Of a DNA stretch of 64,000 bases, positions 19,404 through 28,782 are shown piece by piece. The stretch covers positions 5,061 through 69,060 of the forward strand of contig CAYGZP010000002.1 of assembly GCA_964354405.1 (NCBI GenBank). Reading direction: 5' to 3'. The notes under the pieces were generated by a model. That model saw only the letters and a list, made by a program, of their open reading frames with translations. It did no database searches and was not told the origin of the DNA. Numbering within the stretch: position 1 is the first letter of the stretch; every line of letters begins with the position of its first letter. Source of the DNA: Candidatus Woesearchaeota archaeon (GTDB taxonomy: Archaea; Nanobdellota; Nanobdellia; Pacearchaeales; UBA284). Position numbers and translations under genes: made by a program.

Positions 19404-21188
19404 TTAATACAAGAACCTGTGCAAATCCTTTAGATATGTAATGTGTTGGCTGCGAATTCTCGAGAAGCGCTCTTTATTCTTTGATATTTTCTCAACATCT
19501 TTCACAATGCTCAATCCTTTCTCTCCGCTGATGACCTGAGGGAGCAAAACATAATCAGCTCCTAAGTCATATAACTTGAGAGCGTCATGGATTTTCTCAG
19601 CCGTGACTAAAACAAAAATCTTTGGATTAATTGCCTTGAGTCTTTCGATCAACAAAATGTTGTCTTTGACTTCTGGGATAGTTGATATCGCAATTTTAGC
19701 TTGTTTTACAGGCACACAATGCAAAATCTCATGGCTCATTGTGTCTCCGTAAACACAGGCGATATGCTGTACAGTGAGCGCTTTGATAATCTCTGGGTTG
19801 TAATCAATAACCATTACACTCTCCCTCAAATCGCCGAAAGCTTTCAAGAAAATTGTGCCCATTCTGTGGCATCCGAACAAGAGAATGGATTTTTGCTTGT
19901 CATGGTTGCAATGTCCCAGATTCTCTCGAGTAGAAGGCAATCCATCCAAAAAGCCGAGAACACAAGCTGTCTTGCCATAAATAGCCGCGCTAATCTTGAT
20001 TAAATAAGGTGTGAGAGCCATTGTGATTATTGCTATTAAAACAACCATATCAAATGTTGTCTGAGTCAAGATTCCAAACATCAATCCTTGTAATGCGAGG
20101 ATGAGCGAGAATTCTGAAAGCTGTCCTAAACTCAATCCAGCAAGAATGCTCGTTCTTGTCTTATAGCCGAAGATTCTTGCGAATAATGCTATGACAAAAG
20201 GCTTGATTAAAATTGTCATAACAAACAACAAGATAAACAGCAATAATTCCTTGCTTATATCAAATGAAGTGAGCCACATTCCAAGAGAGACAAAGAAAAT
20301 TATGGCGAAAAAATCATGCAAGGGTTTGATTTTGCTTTCTATCTCAAGTTTATATGGAAGGTTGGCAAGAGCAATGCCAGCGATAAATGCTCCGATGACT
20401 ATTGACAAGTTCAAGAAATATGCTAAAGCCGCGAAAGACAGGACAAATGCTATCGAGACTATGAATAAAAGTTCAGTATTTGTCGAGGCAAATTTGAAAA
20501 TTGGCCCGAGCAGAGTTTTGTTCAACAAATAAGCAATTGACATTATCAAAGCGATTTTAACTATTGCGATTAAAATAAGATTGCTAGAAAAATTCGAAGA
20601 GAGGATTGCCAAAGCAATTATTGCTGCAAAATCCTGCAGAACAAGAATTCCCACAGCTATTCTCGCATGCAAGGTGTTTAATTCTCTATTGTCAGCGAAA
20701 ACCTTCACAACAATGATAGTGGAGCTGAAAGCAATTATGAATGCCAAATAAGCAGCTTCAATAATTGCAAATCCCAAAGCCTGAGTAATGAAAAAAGTTG
20801 CAGCCCCTATGACAATAATCTGCAGCAATCCGATGATTAGAGAACTCGAGGTTTCTTTCAATTTCGAGGCTGAAATTTCCAAGCCAGCAACAAACAACAA
20901 GAAAGCTATTCCCATCTCAGCCAAAGCCGCGATTAACGAGGTGTTTTTCACGAGTCCAAGAACCAAGGGCCCGATTATGACTCCTGTTAAAATATAAGCT
21001 GGAATGAGCTCTTGTTTCAGAGCTCTCAAGATAAATGCGAATATCGCCGCGACAATGATGATAGTTGCAATGCTGATGAGAATCGATTGATTAGTGGGCA
21101 CAAGCAACAAAGATTCTTGGAAAGAAGAAATTCCATGAGATATAACAGATACAGCATTTCCAGTGATTGTTCCAAAACTCATTTTCAC
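19404..21188 (-). CDS. Kef-type cation:proton antiporter (CPA2) with C-terminal RCK/TrkA-N domain
   Basis: About 12 hydrophobic helices, followed by a Rossmann-like 'ILLFGCHRMGTIF...VMVIDYN'. Confidence 0.75.
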   Translation of the reverse strand: MKMSFGTITGNAVSVISHGISSFQESLLLVPTNQSILISIATIIIVAAIFAFILRALKQELIPAYILTGVIIGPLVLGLVKNTSLIAALAEMGIAFLLFVAGLEISASKLKETSSSLIIGLLQIIVIGAATFFITQALGFAIIEAAYLAFIIAFSSTIIVVKVFADNRELNTLHARIAVGILVLQDFAAIIALAILSSNFSSNLILIAIVKIALIMSIAYLLNKTLLGPIFKFASTNTELLFIVSIAFVLSFAALAYFLNLSIVIGAFIAGIALANLPYKLEIESKIKPLHDFFAIIFFVSLGMWLTSFDISKELLLFILLFVMTILIKPFVIALFARIFGYKTRTSILAGLSLGQLSEFSLILALQGLMFGILTQTTFDMVVLIAIITMALTPYLIKISAAIYGKTACVLGFLDGLPSTRENLGHCNHDKQKSILLFGCHRMGTIFLKAFGDLRESVMVIDYNPEIIKALTVQHIACVYGDTMSHEILHCVPVKQAKIAISTIPEVKDNILLIERLKAINPKIFVLVTAEKIHDALKLYDLGADYVLLPQVISGEKGLSIVKDVEKISKNKERFSRIRSQHITYLKDLHRFLY

Positions 21189-21306
21189 TCTTTTTTATCT
21201 CTATAAGTAAGAAAATTGTCATATAAAAAACTTGCTTTGTTTGCTTGTTTTGTTTGTCTTTCTTTACTTGCGTTAAATTTTTAATATACCCTTGCTATAT
21301 ATTATC

Positions 21307-21993
21307 ATGAAAAAAGGGGCGAGAGATAACAACAGAGACAGCAAAGATAATCATGATGGGAATCAGACAAAAGAGAAGAGGTTCGAAACATTATATCAGT
21401 TGTCAAAAGAAATCAAGACAGAGATGAAAAAACCCAAGCCAGAGGGCGCTGTTCTCGAGAGACTTTTCGATGAGCTTTACTTGTTTGCAACCAGAGATCA
21501 TCTGACAGGCGCATTCAACAGAAGAGTTCTAGATGAATTATTAGGACATGAAATGGAAAGGGCAATAAGACAGGGACTTCCTCTCAGTGTAATTATGTTT
21601 GATGTAGACAATTTCAAAGGCTATAATGATAAGTTTGGACATCTTCAAGGAGACATGGCACTCAAGACAGTTACAAATGTAGTTCAAAAACTCACAAGAA
21701 AAGAGGATTTTGTAGCGAGATATGGCGGCGAGGAGTTTCTCATTGTCTTGCCTGACACTGTAATCGAGAAAGCCAGAGAAATCGCCGAGCGCATAAGAAA
21801 AAAGATTTCAGAAGCAAGAATTCCTGCTGCCGGCAAGGAAGTCAAGGATGGTTTTGGAAAAATAACAGTTAGCATAGGAGTTTCTCAATTCGCAAAGAAA
21901 AAAGGCATTCATCACATGTTGCATCTCGCAGACATGGCATTGTACAGGGCAAAAGCTCTTGGAAAGAACAGAGTTTGCATAATGTTGGAATAA
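21307..21993 (+). CDS. GGDEF-domain diguanylate cyclase (stand-alone)
   Basis: 'DHLTGAFNRR', 'MFDVDNFKGYNDKFGHLQGD', 'RKEDFVARYGGEEFLIVLPDT' (an RxxD I-site five residues before GGEEF), 'SIGVS' and 'ADMALYRAKALGKNRV'. Confidence 0.85.
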   Translation: MKKGARDNNRDSKDNHDGNQTKEKRFETLYQLSKEIKTEMKKPKPEGAVLERLFDELYLFATRDHLTGAFNRRVLDELLGHEMERAIRQGLPLSVIMFDVDNFKGYNDKFGHLQGDMALKTVTNVVQKLTRKEDFVARYGGEEFLIVLPDTVIEKAREIAERIRKKISEARIPAAGKEVKDGFGKITVSIGVSQFAKKKGIHHMLHLADMALYRAKALGKNRVCIMLE

Positions 21994-22075
21994 AATTATA
22001 GAAAAATAGCGTAAGAACCCGCAAATGAAAATTCTATAGGAAATAAAAAGAAACCTATATTTCTTTACAATAATA

Positions 22076-22083
22076 TTTATAAA
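22076..22083 (+). promoter_or_regulatory. TATA-like box upstream of nrdR-nrdJ
   Basis: TTTATAAA lies about 125 nt upstream of the nrdR ATG and immediately upstream of the NrdR-box pair. Confidence 0.4.
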
Positions 22084-22087
22084 GCAG

Positions 22088-22133
22088 GCTCAACATATTG
22101 ATATTTGTTTCAAAAAACCACTATATGTTGTAT
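22088..22133 (+). promoter_or_regulatory. pair of NrdR-box-like operators
   Basis: The cores CAACATATTG (22091-22100) and CTATATGTTG (22121-22130) each match the CwAtATaTwG core of the NrdR box at 9 of 10 positions. They are near reverse complements of each other, with centres 30 bp apart. Confidence 0.5.
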
Positions 22134-22204
22134 GATATGTAGGGGTCCAATTTTATACTTAAAATTCAAAAAAGAGCTCAAAAAAGGAGATAAAGACTTG
22201 ACAA

Positions 22205-22642
22205 ATGAGATGCCCATATTGCGAGAGTGAGACAAAAGTTCTTGACAAGCGAGACACTCAAGAGCTGACTCGAAGAAGACGCGAATGCTTGAACAAGAAA
22301 TGCAGAAAGAGGTTTACAACATATGAGCGGGTTGAGACTAATGTTAAGATTATCAAAAAAGACAAGCGCCGAGAATCCTTCTCTAGAGAGAAATTGCTTA
22401 TGGGGATGACTAAAGCCTGTGAGAAAAGGCCTGTTAGCCAAGAGGCAATAGAAAAGGCTGTGAACGAGATTGAGGCAAGAGTTAGGGCTTACGGTCCAGA
22501 AGTTCCAAGCAAAGTCATAGGCGAGTTAGTCATGAAACATCTCAAAAAGCTCGATGATGTCGCGTATGTGAGATTCGCTTCTGTATATCGCGAATTCCAG
22601 GATGTGGGCGATTTCAAGAGAACTATAAAGGAGTTGGGTTAA
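22205..22642 (+). CDS. nrdR: transcriptional repressor NrdR
   Basis: N-terminal zinc ribbon '[18 protein letters not shown]...[22 protein letters not shown]' followed by an ATP-cone. Confidence 0.9.
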   Translation: MRCPYCESETKVLDKRDTQELTRRRRECLNKKCRKRFTTYERVETNVKIIKKDKRRESFSREKLLMGMTKACEKRPVSQEAIEKAVNEIEARVRAYGPEVPSKVIGELVMKHLKKLDDVAYVRFASVYREFQDVGDFKRTIKELG

Positions 22643-22673
22643 AAGAAGTAAGAGGAAAATAAAAAAGGCAAAA

Positions 22674-25625
22674 ATGAAAGAAAAAGGCAAGGGATTAGGA
22701 ACCGGCTTAGAAATTGAAGTTGACAAATATTTTTCAATGCCCTGTGGCAACCCTTATACTGATGAAAAAAAGATTATAGATTATGCTCCAAAAGAAGTTG
22801 TAATTACAGATGATTCTGGAAATATTGTTGAGAAAATTCCTGGGGCGATATTTCCTTCGTTCTGGAGCCAGCATGCCGCGAATACAGTGGCAACAAAATA
22901 TTTCAGACGAGCGGGTGTGCCAGAAACCAATAGAGAGATAGACATAAAGCAATTGACAGGAAGAGTTTCAAAGAAAATCGCACAATGGGCTTTAGAGCAA
23001 GGATATGTTAATGAAAAAAATGCCAAGGTTCTTGAAGATGAGATTACAGCAGCTACATTGTTTCAGTATGGCGCGTTTAATTCTCCAGTTTGGTTTAATC
23101 TAGGATTAGATTATTACGGCACAAAACAAGATGACATTGGTTATTATGTTGAAAATGGAAAAGTTGTTCAGGCAAAGAACTATGCAGAACATCCGCAAAT
23201 CTCAGCATGTTTCATAGTTTCTCCAGAGGATTCCATAGAAAGCATGATGCGGGTTGGAGCATTAACTTCTTCGAGAATATTTAAAGGGGGCTCTGGAACA
23301 GGTGGTTATTGGGGTAACGTGCGGTCTGAAGGAGAACCTGTAAGTGGTGGAGGTTATGCCTCTGGTGCAATTAGATTTATGGATGTTCAGGATTCTTGCG
23401 GGAGAGTTATAAAATCTGGAGGAAAGACAAGGCGAGCAGCGACAATGCAAATCATAGCAGTTTGGCATCCAGACATGCCCGAGATATTGAAACATAAATA
23501 CAAGGAAGAGGAAAAAGCCCGAAGGCTTATAGAAGCGGGCTCTTCAGGCAACTGGGAAAGTCACACAATCCAAGATTTGAGAGCGCAAAATGTTAATATC
23601 TCTATCAGAACAGATGACGAATTCTGGAAAGCTTATGAGAACAACGGCGTTTACGCTTTCAGACGAGTGTTAGATAATAAAACAGTCAGGGAAAAACCAG
23701 CCAGAGAAATAGCAGAATGGATGGCCTTTGCGACATACAATTGTGGCGATCCTGGCATGCAATATCACTCAACTATAAACAGATGGAACACCTGCAAAAA
23801 TTCCGGGGAGATATGGGCATCAAATCCATGTTCCGAGTACATGTTTCTGAATAACTCAGCATGCAATCTTGCCTCACTGAACTTGATGAGGTTCCGAGGC
23901 TTAGATGGAACCTTCGACAGCGAATCTTTCTGCAAAGCAGTTGATTTATATGTCACATGTCAAGATGTTTTTGTTTCAAAGGCATCTTATCCTATAGAAG
24001 AAATCGCGTTGAACAGTCATATTTTCAGACCTCTTGGCCTTGGCTATGCGAATTTAGGGGCATACATAATGTCGTTGGGATTAGCTTATGATTCAAAAGA
24101 AGCCCGAGATTTTGCAGCTGCTGTTACATCCTTAATGACTGCAGAGGCTTATTTACAGTCGACAAAACTTTCTGAGAGGCTAGGATCATTCCAGGAATTC
24201 GAAAAGAATCGAGAGCCTATGCTTGAGGTGATGGAAATGCATAGGGCCGCGGCAAAGAAGATTCCTGTGAGGAATGGTTTGGAAGACATAATCAAAACAG
24301 CAACGAAAAAATGGGATGAGGTGATTGAGCGCGGAGAAAAATATGGATTCAGAAATGCTCAAGTAACATTGCTCGCGCCGACGGGCACAATAGGATATAT
24401 GATGGGTTGCGACACTACAGGCTGCGAGCCCTCTTACGCATTAAAAGTCTACAAAGAACTTGCGGGGGGAGGTTCCATGACTATAGTAAACCAAACAGTT
24501 CCTCTCGCCTTGGAAAAATTAGGCTATAGCAAGGAAGATATCACAAAAATAGTGGATTATGTCGACAAAAATGAAACTGCCGAAGGTTGCGAGAATCTTA
24601 AAGAAGAGCATTTGCCAGTTTTTGACTGTGCAGCTGTCGCAGGAAGGGGCACAAGGGCCATCATGCCGATGGGCCACATAGAGATGCTTGGAGCAATTCA
24701 GCCGCATCTTTCAGGAGCTATTTCAAAAACAATAAACTGCCCAGCCATAACATCAGTCGAAGAGATTAAGAATATGTTTTATCAAGGATGGAGGTTAGGA
24801 ACAAAGGCTTTAGCTATATACAGAGACGGGAGCAAGGCTTCTCAGCCATTGAAAACAAAAAAATCCAGCAGTGTTGAAGTTCTTGTAAGGGGCCAGCGAG
24901 AACATGTTCCTAGATTTAGATATGCTGTAAGGGAAAAATTCAAGATAGCAGACCTTCCTATATTTTTATCAACAGGAGAATATACTGATGGCAGATTAGG
25001 GGAACTTTTCATCGACTCTTTTGAAAGAGGAAGCGAAGTCAACAGGCTATTGAACGAGCTCGCGATACAATTTTCTGAAAAAATTCAGTATGGCGTGCCT
25101 CTCGAAGAGGCTATAGAACTTTTCAATAAGGCAGGCTCGTCACAAATCTCTGGGGTAACTAATCATGAATTTATCAAGACTGCGAGAGGCATAGAGGGTT
25201 TTATCTATGACTGGCTTCGAGCACATTATCTTGGAGATATCTCATTTGTTTCGAAAAATCCAGAGATGAGACCCCTGCCTTGGGAATTAAGGGTTTATCA
25301 AAGAGTCCCCAAGCTCCATTTGATTCCTACAGTTGCCGGTGAAGGGTTTTATCCTGGTTCACCAAGCCTCGAAGAAACCATAGGTAAAATTTCTAAGATA
25401 AATTACTGGTGTGATGAGGAAGAAAACTTGGACACTCGACAGACAATAGAAAAAATAAAGAGAGATAGGGTTTGGGGCAGAGATGCTGAATTTGCCGACA
25501 GCAATCAAGCTAATAAAATTACAGGACAAACCTGCCCCCATTGCGGAATCCTTATGATACAAGATGGAAATTGCTTGAAATGTCCTAAATGTAAACAATC
25601 AACTAGTGGCTGTGGTGGTGGATAA
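22674..25625 (+). CDS. nrdJ: ribonucleotide reductase, class II (adenosylcobalamin-dependent)
   Basis: 'NPCSEYMFLNNSACNLASLNL' and 'LLAPTGTIGYMMGCDTTGCEPSYA'. C-terminal zinc ribbon 'CPHCG...CLKCPKC'. No ATP-cone. Confidence 0.85.
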   Translation: MKEKGKGLGTGLEIEVDKYFSMPCGNPYTDEKKIIDYAPKEVVITDDSGNIVEKIPGAIFPSFWSQHAANTVATKYFRRAGVPETNREIDIKQLTGRVSKKIAQWALEQGYVNEKNAKVLEDEITAATLFQYGAFNSPVWFNLGLDYYGTKQDDIGYYVENGKVVQAKNYAEHPQISACFIVSPEDSIESMMRVGALTSSRIFKGGSGTGGYWGNVRSEGEPVSGGGYASGAIRFMDVQDSCGRVIKSGGKTRRAATMQIIAVWHPDMPEILKHKYKEEEKARRLIEAGSSGNWESHTIQDLRAQNVNISIRTDDEFWKAYENNGVYAFRRVLDNKTVREKPAREIAEWMAFATYNCGDPGMQYHSTINRWNTCKNSGEIWASNPCSEYMFLNNSACNLASLNLMRFRGLDGTFDSESFCKAVDLYVTCQDVFVSKASYPIEEIALNSHIFRPLGLGYANLGAYIMSLGLAYDSKEARDFAAAVTSLMTAEAYLQSTKLSERLGSFQEFEKNREPMLEVMEMHRAAAKKIPVRNGLEDIIKTATKKWDEVIERGEKYGFRNAQVTLLAPTGTIGYMMGCDTTGCEPSYALKVYKELAGGGSMTIVNQTVPLALEKLGYSKEDITKIVDYVDKNETAEGCENLKEEHLPVFDCAAVAGRGTRAIMPMGHIEMLGAIQPHLSGAISKTINCPAITSVEEIKNMFYQGWRLGTKALAIYRDGSKASQPLKTKKSSSVEVLVRGQREHVPRFRYAVREKFKIADLPIFLSTGEYTDGRLGELFIDSFERGSEVNRLLNELAIQFSEKIQYGVPLEEAIELFNKAGSSQISGVTNHEFIKTARGIEGFIYDWLRAHYLGDISFVSKNPEMRPLPWELRVYQRVPKLHLIPTVAGEGFYPGSPSLEETIGKISKINYWCDEEENLDTRQTIEKIKRDRVWGRDAEFADSNQANKITGQTCPHCGILMIQDGNCLKCPKCKQSTSGCGGG

Positions 25626-25632
25626 TGAAAAT

Positions 25633-26154
25633 ATGATGACATTGCAAAAAATAACTGATGACAATTATTGGGATTTAATCAAGAACGCCCCCCGTTCTAT
25701 TTTAGTTATAAGCACAACATGGTGCCCGACATGCAGAACTTACAAGCCGACAATCTCATCAGTCTCAAACATGATGCCTTACATTAATTTCGGCGAGGCA
25801 ATTCTCGATCAAGGGAAGCTTATACAACTTAAGAGAGAGTATCCTGATATAGCATCATGGAGATTACCAATGACCATTCTGAAAAAGAATGGCAATGATG
25901 TTATGAAATTTAATGGAGCTCCAGCATACAATCAGCTTTACAGCAACATAAAGAACAGTTTAATCATAGGGTCAACAGTTTATTTGCCTCGCAGCCAGAA
26001 CAAGTTTGTGCCAGCGGAGATAACCCATATCCGCGAGACTCAAGGGATCAGCTCCGCGGCAATTTATGTTTTGAAATTGCTTGAGGATTCAGAAATAGGA
26101 AAAAAATATGGAACAATAGAAGTTCCAGTAGATAAATTTTCTTGGAAAATTTAA
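25633..26154 (+). CDS. thioredoxin-fold protein (WCPTC)
   Basis: 'VISTTWCPTCRTYKP' CxxC motif. The ATG lies 8 nt after the nrdJ stop. The longer GTG start at 25606 overlaps nrdJ. Confidence 0.55.
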   Translation: MMTLQKITDDNYWDLIKNAPRSILVISTTWCPTCRTYKPTISSVSNMMPYINFGEAILDQGKLIQLKREYPDIASWRLPMTILKKNGNDVMKFNGAPAYNQLYSNIKNSLIIGSTVYLPRSQNKFVPAEITHIRETQGISSAAIYVLKLLEDSEIGKKYGTIEVPVDKFSWKI

Positions 26155-26241
26155 ATAATCCAATAAAAAGAAAATAGACCATCTAAAAAACATATTTTCA
26201 ATCACATAAATTCTTTAAATACTTGAAATCATGGCTTAAAG

Positions 26242-27873
26242 ATGGAATGGGAAAAAGACGGATTGAAAGTAAGACTTCTTGGTTATTGGCCAAGATATGA
26301 AATAAAAGATGCTGAACTTCGTGAAAAACTAGGAACCGATTTTCTAGGAGCTGATACTATAGTCGCTTTTCTGCAAAAAGCTGTTTCGCAGCCAGTTTCA
26401 TTTAGCGAAGGATTAGAAACTGAAGTAAAGAATGCTCTTGAAAAAGGTGAACTTGATGATATTACTTTAAAAAAAATATGTAGCTCAGTGCTGCGAGGCC
26501 ACTCGCTTGACGGCACAGCAGGAATAGTTCTTGGAGTCGAAGGAAGTAAATTCATTGATCCCGCGCTCACAGGCTTAGTAAATGCAAGAAGTTTCACAAC
26601 AAGTGGTCGCAGAGCGCTCATTGAAGATATAATTGTGCCACAAGTTCTGAACAAAGCAGGCAATGAAGCTCTGAAAGATGAATATCTGGCAACAGCACAA
26701 GAATCCTTACGAGTTTACAGGAAAATTTTTGAGGCTTTCGGCGAAAAGCAGGGCCCGCAGATAGCAAGCAAGATGATGGCCTACAACAGCTCAGGCAACT
26801 TATACATTGTATTGCCAATCTCTGCAATAGTCACTTTATCAAACGAACTCGAGCATCAAAAACAGGAAGGAGAGATTTTCTTTCCAAGAGAAATTGAAAA
26901 TCTTGTTGATATTATTGAGAAAGAAGTTGTCAAGGAAGCTGGCATGAAAAGAATCTATGATGCCAGGAAAGCAGCATTGCGAGACACTTACTTGCACTGG
27001 AACGTTTTCAAATCTCCAAAAGAAAACTTTGCTACAGAGCTCGCGCAAGAACATGGAAATTTGACAGTGCCCATAGTTATCTCTGACAAAATAACAAAAA
27101 CAGAAGGATTCATGAAAAGCATTGCTGAACTTGAGAAAATGTTGAAAGAAACTTATTCTTTGACAAATCCAGAAGAGATAGTAAAAAGAGCAAGATTGAA
27201 TCTGCTTGCTTTCCGCGACTTGGTTGAAAGATATAATGATTCAGTTCATCTGCAGACAATAAGCTCGCTATCTTGGAGAGTCTGGGGCGAGCAGAAACGA
27301 CATAGCACATTGAAACAAGGCGTAGAGTCAATTTATTCTGCTGCAGAAAATGCCCAAGATATTACAAATTACTTTAGGTTCAAATCTAGAAGGTTAGATG
27401 AGATTGTAGAGCGTATGGAACAGGCAATAATGATTCCTCCGCCTTTGAAGCAACAAGGCAGAGAGGAATTATTGCGAGATTATATAAGTGCTTCCGCAGG
27501 CCAGATAATGCTGATGTCACATCTGACTTATAAGGGCATCGAAAGAAGAGATGCAATATATATCTTGCCAAGAAATGTCAGATTAAGAACAGTCGAAACA
27601 TATGATTTGTACAATCTAACTTCAGGTGAGCTCTCGCTCAGGCTGTGCACGACCTGCGAGCCAGAGAGGCTCGCCACGACAGAATTAAAAGCAATGCAGA
27701 TTCAAGAGCATCTTCCTGACTTGAAGAATCTTATGGGCTCAAAATGCATCCTTGGCTGCTGCACTGAGCCTAATTACTGTCAAAAGATAACCCATTTCAA
27801 TCCAAATTATAATAAAGAAATCCATGAGGGGATAAGGGGAATTCTCATAGAAGAGCTCAAGGTAAAACCATAA
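26242..27873 (+). CDS. ThyX-like (flavin-dependent thymidylate synthase family) tandem-domain protein
   Basis: The C-terminal half has 'SSLSWRVWGEQKRHSTLKQGVESIY' (compare the ThyX RHRxxSxxxxS motif) and 'ILPRNVRLRTVETYDLYNL...LRLC'. The N-terminal half has a degenerate copy, 'RGHSLDGTAGIVLGVEGSKF...ARSFTTSGRR'. Confidence 0.4.
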   Translation: MEWEKDGLKVRLLGYWPRYEIKDAELREKLGTDFLGADTIVAFLQKAVSQPVSFSEGLETEVKNALEKGELDDITLKKICSSVLRGHSLDGTAGIVLGVEGSKFIDPALTGLVNARSFTTSGRRALIEDIIVPQVLNKAGNEALKDEYLATAQESLRVYRKIFEAFGEKQGPQIASKMMAYNSSGNLYIVLPISAIVTLSNELEHQKQEGEIFFPREIENLVDIIEKEVVKEAGMKRIYDARKAALRDTYLHWNVFKSPKENFATELAQEHGNLTVPIVISDKITKTEGFMKSIAELEKMLKETYSLTNPEEIVKRARLNLLAFRDLVERYNDSVHLQTISSLSWRVWGEQKRHSTLKQGVESIYSAAENAQDITNYFRFKSRRLDEIVERMEQAIMIPPPLKQQGREELLRDYISASAGQIMLMSHLTYKGIERRDAIYILPRNVRLRTVETYDLYNLTSGELSLRLCTTCEPERLATTELKAMQIQEHLPDLKNLMGSKCILGCCTEPNYCQKITHFNPNYNKEIHEGIRGILIEELKVKP

Positions 27874-27927
27874 AAAATAAAAAGGAAAAAAGAAAATCTT
27901 TAAAAGGCTGTCATTCTACAGGAGTTT

Positions 27928-28488
27928 ATGGCAAACATCTTGCAGTATATTTTTAGGGAAATAAATTCTAACATTTATTTTCAGAGGCTTCAGGATAGTG
28001 CCTATGTTCGGGACAACTCCATGGGGGAGATGAAAATCAAATTGATGAATTCCGAGACTCATTGGCCTTATACTCCCTCAATCTTTATGAATCTCATCCA
28101 AGGAGAAGACAAAGTTATCTTACCGGTATTCAAAAAAGATATTGCCACTAGAATAGATGAACCGTTTTTAAAAGATATTGGAATCTTTGTCAATGCCCTT
28201 TCAAGCAGCAATACCCAAGTGATAATTCCTACAGACATAAATGAGATATTGCAGCGATATCCTAACAATACTATATATAGTGAAAAGAAACCCCAGAATA
28301 TCCCCGGGCTTATGAACACAATTTTCGGCCCTCCAGAGAACCCAACAGAAAAGTTGAAAAGACATTTTGTGACATATGCTCCCACACAACAAGAAAACCA
28401 CATATTACCTAAACCCTTATCGCTTAGACATAGAGTAGAAATTAATATTATGAAGATATTTGATTCTTTCCTTATTAGAATTCTGTAA
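27928..28488 (+). CDS. hypothetical protein
   Basis: 186-aa ORF. No motif recognised. Confidence 0.35.
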   Translation: MANILQYIFREINSNIYFQRLQDSAYVRDNSMGEMKIKLMNSETHWPYTPSIFMNLIQGEDKVILPVFKKDIATRIDEPFLKDIGIFVNALSSSNTQVIIPTDINEILQRYPNNTIYSEKKPQNIPGLMNTIFGPPENPTEKLKRHFVTYAPTQQENHILPKPLSLRHRVEINIMKIFDSFLIRIL

Positions 28489-28536
28489 AAGATAAAAAAA
28501 GAAAAAAAAGAAAAAAATTAACAAAAATCAAATTAT

Positions 28537-28758
28537 TTACAACAAGCCTTCTAGTTCTTCAAGCTCGCTTTCGCTCAGCTCATCCATGTTCATGTCGCTT
28601 ATCTCGTTGCTTGTCTGCTCCAAGTCATTCAACTCGGAATTAAGGGCATTTGCATCATCTTCAGCGCTTGCCTGCCCACAACCTGCTCCAGAGACAAACA
28701 ACACTAAAGCAACAAGGATTATAGCTGCCACAAATATCGCTACAATTTTCATTTCCAT
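28537..28758 (-). CDS. small secreted/lipobox-like acidic protein
   Basis: 73 aa. 'IVAIFVAAIILVALVLFVSGAGCGQ' is a signal anchor ending in G-A-G-C, followed by a D/E-rich tail. Confidence 0.4.
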   Translation of the reverse strand: MEMKIVAIFVAAIILVALVLFVSGAGCGQASAEDDANALNSELNDLEQTSNEISDMNMDELSESELEELEGLL

Positions 28759-28782
28759 TTTATATCGCCTTTATTTATGCTT

